Positions 53,780 through 64,000 of a stretch of 64,000 nucleotides of DNA are shown piece after piece. The stretch lies in NCBI GenBank assembly GCA_963813715.1, contig CAWFAK010000009.1:256001-320000 (forward strand). The letters run 5' to 3'. Every line of letters starts with the position of its first letter. Position 1 is the first letter of the stretch. Under the pieces are notes generated by a model that saw only the letters and a program-made list of their open reading frames with translations, was not told where the DNA came from and did no database searches. Origin of the DNA: an uncultured Planctomycetaceae bacterium. Lineage in GTDB: Bacteria; Planctomycetota; Planctomycetia; Planctomycetales; Planctomycetaceae. Position numbers and translations under genes: made by a program.

Positions 53780-56112
53780 GCCGTTCTTTGCTCCGGATAC
53801 TTGATCCGCGAGTGATAAATGCCGATCAGCGATTTGACGAGCGATTCCTCGATAGCGTGAATTTCCGACAATGTCAGCGCGCACTCGTCGAACTGGCCGT
53901 CAAGGAGCCGGCTCATCGCAATGTCGTGCACCAGGTTCTCGATCCGCTTGGGCGTCGGATCACTGAGCGTGCGGCTCGCGCTCTCGACGGCGTCGGCCAG
54001 CATCAGCACCCCGGCCTCCCGCGATTGCGGCTTTGGTCCCGGATAGCGGAAGGCCGACTCTTCGACGCCCGGGCGATAGTCGGGCTGGCGATCGGCCTGC
54101 CGCTCGGCCTCGCGATAGAAATACTCGACGAGTGTCGTGCCGTGATGCTGCTCGATGAAGTCGATCAGCGGCCGCGGCAGGTTGTATTGCCCGGCCAGGT
54201 CGACGCCGTCTTTGACGTGGCCGATGATGATCAGAGTGCTCATTGCCGGCGCCAGGTGCTGATGCCGACTGGGGCTGCCTTCGGTACTGTTTTCGACGAA
54301 GTAGTGCGGCTTGAGCATCTTACCGATGTCGTGATAATACGCGCCGACGCGAACCAAAAGGCCGTTGGCCCCGATCCGTTCCGCGGCCGTTTCGCCGATC
54401 GTCGCCACGGCAATCGAGTGGTTGTAGGTGCCGGGAGCCAGCCGCACGAGCTCGCGCAACAGCGGGTGCGAGATGTCGCTCATCTCGAGCAGGCTGATAT
54501 TCGTGACCACGCCAAAGGCCTGCTCGATGAACGGCAAACTTCCGGCAACCAGGTACCCGGCCACCAGACACCAGCCGGCCGTCCGCGCGCCGCGGATGAA
54601 GACGCTCTGGTCGAACCACGGTCCAGTGACCGGTTCGCCGGCCAGCAGCTCAAAGCCCGCCGAAATCAAGAAGCAGGCAGCCGCCGTCTGAAAGCCGACC
54701 TTCACCAATCGCGAGCGGGAAGCGATCCGCCCCAGCGGGGCGACGGCAATCACCGCGACAGCGATCAGCAACACCAACTCACCCACGCTCCCCGTCGTTG
54801 ACGGCGTGAGCACCAGCGCCAGTGACACGGCCGTGAGAATCGCCAGCTCGTTGCCGTACACAATGGCCAACACCATCACGACGACGATGATGGGCACGAT
54901 CTCCGCCCGCCACGGGTCGAACGAGAGCACGTCCCCCAGCACAACGCCCGAGACGCACATCGTCAAATAAACGAACAGTCGCCCCGGGCTGGCGATCATT
55001 CGCGGCTCGTTGTGCCGCAGGTAGAGGCCGATGATCGCGGCGAGGATCAACAGCATGCCGCTCACGGTGGCGATGCGGAGGAACTTGCGGGCCGGCGTCA
55101 GGCGGGAGCCCAGTGATTCATGCTCGGTTCGCAGCACGGCCAACCGCTCGTCGTCGATGAAGGTCCGCGCGGGAACGAGGATCGTGTTCCGCGGGTATTC
55201 GAGCATCACGGGCAGCGTGCGCTCTCGCGCTTCATGCCGCGCCTGTAGCGTGGCCGCACCGTCGTAACTCAGGGTCACCGGCGCTTGCTTCACCAGCCAG
55301 CGCTCGAAAAGTCGGCGGCAGGCGTTGAGCCGCGGATATTTGGACCAGGCCTGGCCGAGCAGCCCGCTTTCTTTGAGCAACTCCGCCAACTGCACGTCCG
55401 CCGGGAAGACGATCTCCTGAGGCGTGACGCCGACGGGGATCTCGGATTTTGCCGGCACGATCGCCAGGCTTTGGTCGCCGCCGATCTTGTTGGCCGCGAA
55501 TTGATCGACGTCGGCCAGGCCCCGCGTGCGAAGGATGGCGGTGAAGTCCTGAAATTCCTTGATCACGGATTCAATCTGATTGCCGGCCGCACCCGGTCGC
55601 GGCGTGACGACCCGCCGCAGGATCGAAAATTCCTCCTCGGGCGGCAGGGCGCGAGGATTGGCCGGACCGCCCCGCCCGTCGGCTGTCAGTCCGAATGCGT
55701 CCTGAGTCTTGGGCGAGACGTCCTTCAGCGATTTCGCGTCCGCAATCTCCCGCAAATTGGCCCGTAGCTTGGCCGGCAACAGTACCAGCGGCTCGGGATC
55801 GTTGCGGAAGATGTGGGGCGTTTGCGCCTCGGCGTCGGCCCGGGCCCGGTCGGTGTTGAAGCGGTCGACGCGCTTGAAATCGACGCGGGCGATAATTCCG
55901 TGGTCGATGAAGTCGCCGATGCGATACGGAAACGGAGACTGCCAGGCTCGCAGGCAAATCACCAGGGCAGCCAGGGCGAGCCCGCACATGCCCAGTCGCA
56001 GCCAGACCGCGCGGTTGGCCACCGGCTGGCGGATGGCGTCTAAAAACGAGCCGGCCGGCTTAAGGGGTAAGGCTCGGGAGAAGCGTCTCTTCCGAAAGCC
56101 GAACACAGCCAT
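53776..56112 (-). CDS. 7TM-HD phosphohydrolase (PgpH/YqfF-like)
   Basis: Extracytoplasmic domain plus multiple TMs; APGTYNHS; YYHDIGK; HVKDG; QHHGT; FRYPGPKP; LADAVE. Confidence 0.9.
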   Translation of the reverse strand: MAVFGFRKRRFSRALPLKPAGSFLDAIRQPVANRAVWLRLGMCGLALAALVICLRAWQSPFPYRIGDFIDHGIIARVDFKRVDRFNTDRARADAEAQTPHIFRNDPEPLVLLPAKLRANLREIADAKSLKDVSPKTQDAFGLTADGRGGPANPRALPPEEEFSILRRVVTPRPGAAGNQIESVIKEFQDFTAILRTRGLADVDQFAANKIGGDQSLAIVPAKSEIPVGVTPQEIVFPADVQLAELLKESGLLGQAWSKYPRLNACRRLFERWLVKQAPVTLSYDGAATLQARHEARERTLPVMLEYPRNTILVPARTFIDDERLAVLRTEHESLGSRLTPARKFLRIATVSGMLLILAAIIGLYLRHNEPRMIASPGRLFVYLTMCVSGVVLGDVLSFDPWRAEIVPIIVVVMVLAIVYGNELAILTAVSLALVLTPSTTGSVGELVLLIAVAVIAVAPLGRIASRSRLVKVGFQTAAACFLISAGFELLAGEPVTGPWFDQSVFIRGARTAGWCLVAGYLVAGSLPFIEQAFGVVTNISLLEMSDISHPLLRELVRLAPGTYNHSIAVATIGETAAERIGANGLLVRVGAYYHDIGKMLKPHYFVENSTEGSPSRHQHLAPAMSTLIIIGHVKDGVDLAGQYNLPRPLIDFIEQHHGTTLVEYFYREAERQADRQPDYRPGVEESAFRYPGPKPQSREAGVLMLADAVESASRTLSDPTPKRIENLVHDIAMSRLLDGQFDECALTLSEIHAIEESLVKSLIGIYHSRIKYPEQRTA

Positions 56113-56401
56113 CTTGGCGACCTGGAGGGACCGACTGCGACTTTCCCGCGATCGCGCGGAGCCGTGGGTCGGACGGGCGACCGGTGCCAATTCTAGAACA
56201 GACCCGCCCCGAGTGCGACAGCGCCCCGGATGGGCCTCGGGCGAGGTCCATCGCCGTAGGGTGTGACAAGGCCGCCGGGCAGGCGGCCGCTGGCACACCA
56301 TTCGAAGGCTCGTCAGCCCCGGAAATGGTGTGCCCGTGCGCCGCTTCGCGGGCTGGTTACACACCCCTACTTCACTGATAACGACCGCCGGGTCGGCGCC
56401 T

Positions 56402-57358
56402 TTAGTGCTTCCGGGGGCGGCCGCCGCGGTCGTCTTTTTCGTAAGCGCGGACAATTTCTTTCACGAGGCGGTGGCGGACGATGTCGCGACCCGTCATTTC
56501 GACGATGCCGACCCGTTCGATCCCGTCGAGCCGACCCATGGCGTCGGTCAAGCCACAGGCCATGTGGGGAGGCAGATCGACCTGCGTAATGTCGCCAGTG
56601 ACCACCACTTTCGACCCATTGCCCATCCGCGTCAGAAACATCTTCATCTGGGTGACGGTCGTATTTTGACCTTCGTCCAAGATGATGAAGGTGTTGTTCA
56701 GCGTACGGCCCCGCATGAAGGCCAGCGGAGCGATCTCGACTACGTCCCTCTCCATGTAGCGCTTGACGGTTTCGTAGTCTAGGATGTCGTGCAATGCGTC
56801 GAGCACGGGCCGCAGATACGGATTGACCTTGGCGAAGATGTCGCCGGGCAGAAAGCCCAGCTTTTCACCCGCCTCAACTGCGGGGCGAACCAGCACGATC
56901 TTGCGGGCCTGCTCGGTCCGCAGGGCGTTCACCGCCTTGGCGACGGCCAGGTATGTTTTGCCGCAGCCGGCCGGCCCGATGCAGAAGATGAGGTCGTTCT
57001 GGTCGATGGCCCGGACGTATTCGGCCTGTCCCTCGCTACGTGGGTGAACCTTGCGACTGGCCGCGAAGACGTCGATCCCCTCCGCCGGAGTGACGCCGTT
57101 GCCCCCGTAAGCCTGCAGGATCTGGCCGACGTCCGCGTCAGTGATCTGGCCGCTTTCCTCAAAGATGCGGCGGAGCTTTTGAAAGACTTCGAGGCCGCGG
57201 CGGACGTGCTCGTCGTCCCCCTTGAGGCGGAGTTCGTCCCCCCGCAAGACCACATCGATACCCAAAACCTCCCGGACTTTGCGGAGGTATTCGTCGCGGG
57301 CTCCGAACAGAGTTCGGACTTCATTTTGATCGGGGAACGCGAGAGTCGCTTCTGACAT
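56402..57358 (-). CDS. phoH: PhoH-family protein
   Basis: GPAGCGKTYLA; RPAVEAGEKLGFLPG; PLAFMRGRT; DEGQN; TGDITQ.DLP. Confidence 0.95.
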   Translation of the reverse strand: MSEATLAFPDQNEVRTLFGARDEYLRKVREVLGIDVVLRGDELRLKGDDEHVRRGLEVFQKLRRIFEESGQITDADVGQILQAYGGNGVTPAEGIDVFAASRKVHPRSEGQAEYVRAIDQNDLIFCIGPAGCGKTYLAVAKAVNALRTEQARKIVLVRPAVEAGEKLGFLPGDIFAKVNPYLRPVLDALHDILDYETVKRYMERDVVEIAPLAFMRGRTLNNTFIILDEGQNTTVTQMKMFLTRMGNGSKVVVTGDITQVDLPPHMACGLTDAMGRLDGIERVGIVEMTGRDIVRHRLVKEIVRAYEKDDRGGRPRKH

Positions 57359-57669
57359 GGTCACCTGATTAGACCGATGGTGTGGGGCCCAAAACGCGAG
57401 GCCAGTCATCAATTCTACTCCCGCGGCGGTCGGTTGTCGCGGGGAGCAAATGCCTTCATGACTTGTCCGGAACTAACGGTTTGTCCACGCTTCCCCCGCC
57501 GTTCGACCAGCCAACTGTTTAAACCCTTGTCCGCATTGCGATTGTGAGGAAACCCAGAGACACGTGGGATGCTCTAAAGGTTCGGCAGATAGCCGTTCGA
57601 TGAAATGGTCTGAATCGACAACCGCGCACGCGCTGCGCCGCGGTCTGCGCAATTTAGGAGCGACAATTG

Positions 57670-59656
57670 ATGTCCGAGTCGTTCTTCGGTTTGCGGAAAC
57701 GGCCGTTTGCCGCGCTGCCCAATGTTGACTGCTTTGTGCCGCTGAACGGAATTTGCCAGGCGTACGACGGCCTGCTCCAGACCACCCTCGAAGGACGCGG
57801 GATCGGCATGCTGACCGCGCCTGCCGGCCTCGGCAAAACGCTGGTCTGCCAACGCCTCGCGCGCGAACTTTCCAACCGCTTTTCCGTCGTCTTTCTGCCC
57901 AGCGGCAATTTCCTCACCCGCCGCTCTCTGCTCCAGGCGATCTTATTCGAGCTGGGCCATTCGTTCGTGCGGATGGGCGATCAGGAACTGCGCCTGGCTC
58001 TTTCGGCCATGTTGCAGGCCATTCGCCCCACGCGGCAGGGACTCGTGCTGATCGTCGACGAAGCTCATCTCATGGCCACCCGCATGCTGGAAGAGCTGCG
58101 GGCCCTCCTCAACCTGGGCGAAGGGGACGAGCCGCTTGTCCGCTTGATCGTCAGCGGGCAGCTGGGTCTCGAAGAGACGTTGTCGCGGCCGCAATGCGAC
58201 GCTTTCAATCAACGGATTGCCTGCCAGGTGATGCTGCCCGTCCCTCACACGCGACGAATCGACGAGCTACATCACACGGCGGCTGGCGTGGGCCGGGGCA
58301 AACGTTTCCGATGTTTTCGCCCGCGACGCGCTGGCCGCCATCTGCGAAGCGTCCGACGGCGTGCCCCGTTGCCTGCACCAACTGGCCGACCACTGTCTGA
58401 CGCTGGCCACCAATCGCACCGAAAAGCCGATCAACCTCCGCACCGTGCGCGAGGCCCTCGACCACCTGAAGCAGCTGCCGCTGACTTGGGCCGAGCCGAC
58501 CGTCGGCCGCGGCACGACCAATCCGCTGGAGATGGCCCGCGCTCAAGCGGCCGCCATGTCCAATGCGTCGAGCGATCTGGACGGCCCGATGTGCCGTCCG
58601 ATGACCGACGCCGCCAAAGCGAATCGCCTGGACGAAATGCTGCCCGACACATATCCGCTGCAGGCCGATCGCTCCGTGATTGAGACCGAGTACGACGTTC
58701 CCACGGTGCACAATTCGTGGGAACTCGATTCCGAATCCGAGCTCGTGTCGCCCTCGCTGGACCACGATTCGATTCGCCGCGTCGATTCGGTAATCAACCG
58801 CGATCCCTACACTGGGGTTGCCGACAACGATGGCGAACTGATCGACACCATCGTCCCGGCCGTGGTCGGCAGCGAGTTCGACCTGGGCGGGACAGACGAC
58901 TTCGACGTGACCAATCTGGGCGGAACAATCGAGTTCGGTGACTCAATCGAGGTCGAATCAAACGAGGCTGAATTGAACGAGATCGAGTCGAACGAGCCTG
59001 TATCGAACGAGATTGCGTCGAACGAGCTCGTGTCAAAGAAGGCTGTGTCGAACAGCATGTCGCCAGTGGGCAATCTGCCCACTCAGACACGAACCGTCCA
59101 CGCGGAGGTCTTGCCCGAGATCGAAACGACAATCGAGACGAAGCCGCTGGGCGGCCGCAACGTCACTCGATCGAATTACGTCACGGCGTCGGAAGTTGCG
59201 GACGGAATCATCGCTGACAAAACGGTCACTGAGAAAGTGGTCGCTGCAGAGGCAGTCGACGAAGAAGTCGTGATCGACCGCTATGCCGCCCTCGATTCGG
59301 CCATCAATCGCCTGACCCGCACCATGCTCACGGTGCGAGCCAACGCCCGGACGAGGGCTGGGGAACCGATCGTTCTGCCCGAGCCCCCGGCGAGCAAAGC
59401 GATCTCGCTCGCGGCCCTCGATGCCGTGCATCAACGGTTCGACGTCGTGCTGCCCGAGGATGATCCGATCGAGGTGAAGGCGCCGGTGCTGGAGTCGTCT
59501 CGACAGACCGTCACGGCCGTCAGCTCCACAGTGGCGACGGCCGTCGCCACGCCTGCTCCCGCCGTTCGCGACACGTCGACGCGCAGCGCGGCCGACGAGC
59601 GTCGGCCTTACCAGCTGCTCTTCAGCGAGCTGCGTCGCAAGCGTCGCCGGGTCTAA
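57670..59656 (+). CDS. ExeA/GspA-like AAA ATPase with long acidic C-terminal region (frameshift near 58240)
   Basis: FFGLRKRPF; APAGLGKT; IVDEAH; SGQ; GVPR in the shifted frame; C-terminal YQLLFSELRRKRR. Confidence 0.8.
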
Positions 59657-59675
59657 GACTCGGCAGCCTAACCCG

Positions 59676-60695
59676 TCAACGCGCGGCTTCCTCTTCGCGA
59701 TTTTTGAGAGGCTGCCGGTCGTAGGCGAGCGCCCACGCGCGGAACTCGGTGTCGAGCGATGACAGATCGTTGACTGCGAACAGGCCGCGGAGCGTGCGCA
59801 AACCGGTGGGGTCGCTGCCGGCCGCCTGGCGGAACTTGCGGTAAAACGCCTCGAGCAGCCCGCGCTGTTGCAGGTACAGGCAGAAGTAGCGGGCGTGGGC
59901 ATAATCGATCGCCTGCCGATCGTTGCGGACGCGGGCCTCGCCGATCAAGGATTCGAGCGGCCGTAGCGTTCCATCGCGAAGCGCCGGCAAGAGGTCGCGG
60001 CTCCGCCAGTTGCCCCGGCCCGTGATGTGCAGCCGGTCCTGGGAGAAGCGGGCCTCTTCGAAGAGCGATGCCAGCCCCTCGTCGAACCATTCGGGCATGT
60101 CGGGAAAGTCGAAGTGGGCGAGCGCGTGCGTAAGCTCGTGCGCGAGGGTCCCCTCCCCCGTGTCGAGATTGACGATGAGCCGCCGATCCTTGCGCTCGTA
60201 GTAGCCGGCGTAGGCGGCGCGGCCGCGTCCCTCGAGGGCATAGGAGCAGCGCTCGTAGGCGTCGTCGCCCGAGAGCAACACGATGGTCACCGGCTGATCG
60301 GGCGAGCGGTCGAAGAAGGCGATCGACAGGGCGCGCTGCGCCGGCAGGATGGTTTCGCGATAAACGCGCTCGAGCCGCGCTGCGTCAAAATCGCCAAAGA
60401 TCACGAACGGCGTATGCACGATCGAGACATACTCGTGACCCAGCCTCCGCGACATTTGTTCGCGAACCCGCTGGCAGCCAGCGACGAGCGATTTTTGCAG
60501 CGGATCGGCAGTCTCTGGATGGGCCGACTCCGGTCGGGCCGGCTCCGGACGGGAGGCGTGCGCGGCGCGCGGGGTTTCGGCCGGTTCGATGGTGCTGGCG
60601 GCCGGCGCAGTCTGTTGGATGTCCGGCCGTGTCGCCAAGAATGCCGCCGCCAGAATGGCGATCGGTCCCAGGATGAGAGTGAGCAAACGGCCCAT
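59676..60695 (-). CDS. DUF1570-like zincin metallopeptidase-domain protein
   Basis: N-terminal TM/signal; AHELTHAL; PEWFDEGLASLFE. Confidence 0.75.
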   Translation of the reverse strand: MGRLLTLILGPIAILAAAFLATRPDIQQTAPAASTIEPAETPRAAHASRPEPARPESAHPETADPLQKSLVAGCQRVREQMSRRLGHEYVSIVHTPFVIFGDFDAARLERVYRETILPAQRALSIAFFDRSPDQPVTIVLLSGDDAYERCSYALEGRGRAAYAGYYERKDRRLIVNLDTGEGTLAHELTHALAHFDFPDMPEWFDEGLASLFEEARFSQDRLHITGRGNWRSRDLLPALRDGTLRPLESLIGEARVRNDRQAIDYAHARYFCLYLQQRGLLEAFYRKFRQAAGSDPTGLRTLRGLFAVNDLSSLDTEFRAWALAYDRQPLKNREEEAAR

Positions 60696-61025
60696 GGTCT
60701 TCTTCGCGAGACTTCGCGATTGCGCAGGAGGCACGCCACCGAAGCGAAGCTCGCTTCATCCTACCCGGATCGAATTGTCGCCGGCACGGCGGCGCGGCCT
60801 CCGGCGGCGGTTTTCGTCGATTGTCCCCTCTTGACCCGGTTGCTACGATTCAACCGCAAAGATTCGCGTATCCGATACGTCCGATCCTTGCCCTAGCGCC
60901 GGCGAGTGATTCAAGGCCATCGGCCCTCGGGCCGATGACATGGATGTCCAAACCTCGGACCGGCGCTCCCGGTCCGTCTCTATGGCCGCCGGCTCAGCCG
61001 GCTCTCCAACGGACTGGGTCACCGA

Positions 61026-62979
61026 ATGCACACCGGCCCCTCGGCGCTGACGACTGGACGTTCGAGTGTTCCGTACGCAACCACTACAGACGGGCGACGC
61101 GTAACCCGGCGGCGAATCGACCGCTCGGAGATGCAGGGAGAAACGTGCTGCTCGATGTATCGGACGCTCGGTGCACATCCCGATGTGGTTGACGGCGCCG
61201 CCGGTACCCGTTTTGCCGTCTGGGCTCCCAATGCGGCCGACGTCTCGGTCGTCTGTAACGCCAACGGCTGGAAGCCCGGTCAAAACCGGCTCTGGGGCAG
61301 CGACTCGGGCATCTGGTCCGGCTTTGTCCCCGGGATGAAGCACGGCGACGTTTACAAGTACATCATTCGCACGCGTGACAACCGTTCTCTCGAAAAATCC
61401 GATCCGGTCGCTTTTTACGCCGAGGTGCCGCCTCGGACCGCGTCCATCGTCTACCAGCTGCCCAACTTTCCCTGGCAGGACGGCAACTGGATGCAGAAGC
61501 GGGCGCACACCAATTGGTTCGAGCGGCCGATCTCCATCTACGAAGTGCACCTGGGCTCGTGGCGGCGGCCAAAAGATGGACGCCGTTACTTAAGCTACCG
61601 GGAGCTGGCTCAGCAGCTCGTCGACTACACGCACGAGATGGGCTACACGCACCTGCAGCTCATGCCCTTGTGCGAGTTCCCCTACGACGGCTCGTGGGGC
61701 TACCAGACCACCGGCTATTTCGCGCCACCAGCCGCTTCGGCACGCCCGAAGACTTCATGCACTTCGTCGACTACTGTCACCAGGCCGACGTCGGCGTGAT
61801 CATCGACTGGGTGCCGGCCCACTTCCCCTGCGACGGCCACGCGCTGGGCCACTTTGACGGCACGGCCGTTTACGAGCACTCCGACCCGCGCAGGGAATGC
61901 ACCCCGACTGGGGCACGTACATCTTCAACTACGGTCGCTCCGAGGTCCGCGACTTCCTGCTGTCGAGCGCGCGGTTCTGGCTCGAGACCTATCACGTCGA
62001 CGGCCTGCGGGTCGACGCCGTCGCCTCCATGCTTTACCTCGACTACTCGAGGAAGGCCGGCGAGTGGATCCCCAACCGTTACGGCGGACGCGAAAATCTC
62101 GAGGCGATCCAGTTCCTCAAGGATCTCAACGTCCACCTGCACGGCGCCTTCCCCGGCGTTCTGACCATTGCAGAAGAATCGACCGCTTGGGGCGGCGTCT
62201 CGGCCCCCGTCTATAACGGCGGCCTGGGCTTCAGCATGAAGTGGGACATGGGCTGGATGAACGACACGCTCCGCTACCTGCGGCACGAGCCCGTGCATCG
62301 CAAGTTCCACCAGAACGAGCTTTCGTTCCGCATGGTCTACGCCTTCACCGAAAACTTCATCCTGCCCCTCTCGCACGACGAGGTCGTGCACGGCAAGCGG
62401 TCCCTCATCTCGCAGATGCCCGGCGACTACTGGCAGCAGTTCGCCAGCCTGCGGCTGCTCTACGGCTACCAGTACACCATGCCCGGCAAGAAGCTGCTCT
62501 TCATGGGGGGCGAGTTCGGGCAGTGGACCGAATGGAACTACGACTCGGAACTCGACTGGGCCCTCTTCGGCCACAAGTACCACGACTCGCTGCGGCGGTA
62601 CGTCGGCGACCTCAACCGCGTCTACCGCTCCGAGCCGGCGCTCTACGAAATCGACTTCCGCTCCGAAGGCTTTCGCTGGATTCAGGCCGACGATTACCAG
62701 AACAGCGTCTACGCCTATTACCGGATCGCCAAAGACCCCAACGACATTGTGGTGGTGCTCGAAAATTTCACGCCGGTTCCCCGCCAGGCCTACCGCGTGG
62801 GCGTGCCGCGGGCCGGCTGCTACCGCGAGATCATTAACAGCGACGCGGCGATCTACGGCGGCAGCAACCTCGGCAACGCGGGAGCCGTCTACACGGAGCC
62901 AATCCCCGCCCACGGCCACGCACAGAGCCTGTCGCTGACTCTGCCGCCGTTGGCCATGCTCATGCTGAAGCCCGTTTAG
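61026..62979 (+). CDS. glgB: 1,4-alpha-glucan branching enzyme (two frameshifts, near 61725 and 61890)
   Basis: [63 protein letters not shown]. Confidence 0.95.
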
Positions 62980-63278
62980 AGATTTCGGGGCACGACCGAT
63001 TACGGCTTACGGCCCGCGACGGATTTCAGCCATAACGGGGGGAACGCGCCTCCGCCTCCCCGCGTCAAAACTTTGGTGAAGTGGGCGGCGACGCGTTCCA
63101 CTGGGCTCCCAACGCGTAAATTCTCCGGTTTCATCGCTGGAAGCCGCCCGACGTCTTTGGTTCCTCGGGCTGGCGGCGGTACAATAGACGCGCGGCCGGT
63201 GTTTAATTCTGTGGCTGGCGACCCGTCTCCCCTCCCCGGGTTCCCTTTCACCGTCCGTCCGGCACGCGGAGAACGATC

Positions 63279-64000
63279 ATGAGCCTTCGCGGTGATTGTC
63301 GATGGGTGGCGGTCTTGGCGGCCGTCTCTCTCCTCCAAGCGGCCAAACCAGCGACCGCCGATAGCGTCAAGTTGCAAAACGGCGGCGTGGTCGCGGGCTC
63401 CGTCACGACGGGGACCAAACAAGTCAGCGTGCGGACGGCGACCGGCGCTCTGATCGTCTTCGAGCGTGCAGCGGTCAAACAGGTTGTCCGCGGTCATGCC
63501 TCGCCGAAGTCGAGCCCAACCGTGACGAAGACCTCGTCTCGTTCCTCGTCGAAGCTCGCTCTGACGGCCGCCGAAGACAACTGGGTGCCGCGGGTCCGCG
63601 GGCTCGTCTCGCGATTGTTCGGGGGCGACCGCGAGAAATCGCGACAGGCCCGCCGTGCGCTTAGTCAAATCGACGACGTCGACGCCATCCCTGCGCTCAG
63701 CGTGTCGCTGGGCAGCAGTCGTAACGTCGAGGCGCGGCACCTTTACGTGGTGATCCTTCACAATCTGACGGGGCCCAAACCGGTTTATTACCTCGTGGCG
63801 CTTTCGCTCTTCGATCCCTCGCCTGAGATTCGCGCCGACGCCCGCCAGGCGCTGCGTGCCGAACAGTTCGAATCGGCGCGGCTGTTTTACATCGCTGCCC
63901 TGCGTTCGGGCACGCCGGCCCTCGCGCGACGGGCCGCGATTGCGCTGGGCGAGATCGGCGATCCGCGGGGCGATTCGGTCCCCTACTTAATCGACGCGCT
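63279..64000 (+). CDS. Exported HEAT-repeat protein (partial, runs off the window)
   Basis: Signal peptide then DSVKLQNGGVVAG; HEAT-like DAIPAL, DPSPEIRADA, RAAIALGEIGD...VPYLIDA; open to the window end. Confidence 0.7.
   Translation, partial: MSLRGDCRWVAVLAAVSLLQAAKPATADSVKLQNGGVVAGSVTTGTKQVSVRTATGALIVFERAAVKQVVRGHASPKSSPTVTKTSSRSSSKLALTAAEDNWVPRVRGLVSRLFGGDREKSRQARRALSQIDDVDAIPALSVSLGSSRNVEARHLYVVILHNLTGPKPVYYLVALSLFDPSPEIRADARQALRAEQFESARLFYIAALRSGTPALARRAAIALGEIGDPRGDSVPYLIDA

Overview
GC-rich bacterial chromosome segment, very probably from a Planctomycete (inferred from the gene families present: PQQ-type beta-propeller, DUF1570, prenyltransferase-repeat protein, ExeA-like ATPase, DUF1844, CsrA). 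It is mostly housekeeping: oxyR-like LysR with a di-heme cytochrome c, MFS, tilS, 6S RNA-rny, hemD-hemE-hemY, folD, pgpA, sulfite reductase, acyl-CoA carboxylase, polX, pfk-HAD-gnd, mtaB, tmk, phoH-pgpH-ybeY-corC, glgB and tRNA-Ile2(CAT). About 20 single-base frameshifts interrupt otherwise intact conserved genes, which points to uncorrected long-read indels rather than pseudogenes. No prophage, integrase, IS or CRISPR was found. The most interesting signals are: (1) a structured ~235-nt intergenic RNA with a 14-codon ORF and mutually exclusive SD/anti-SD pairings; (2) a ~180-nt highly structured RNA behind a near-consensus sigma54 promoter upstream of the heme operon; (3) a receiver domain fused to an RND membrane-fusion protein in a CzcA-type pump locus, with a sigma54-like promoter and an NtrC activator; (4) four REP doublets, two of which supply the stop codon and an identical GERRV tail to host genes; (5) an OxyR box and OxyR-like regulator divergent from a di-heme bCcP/MauG-family cytochrome; (6) a Tsr3/DTW-like protein and a large RGG/poly-Arg/acidic disordered protein.
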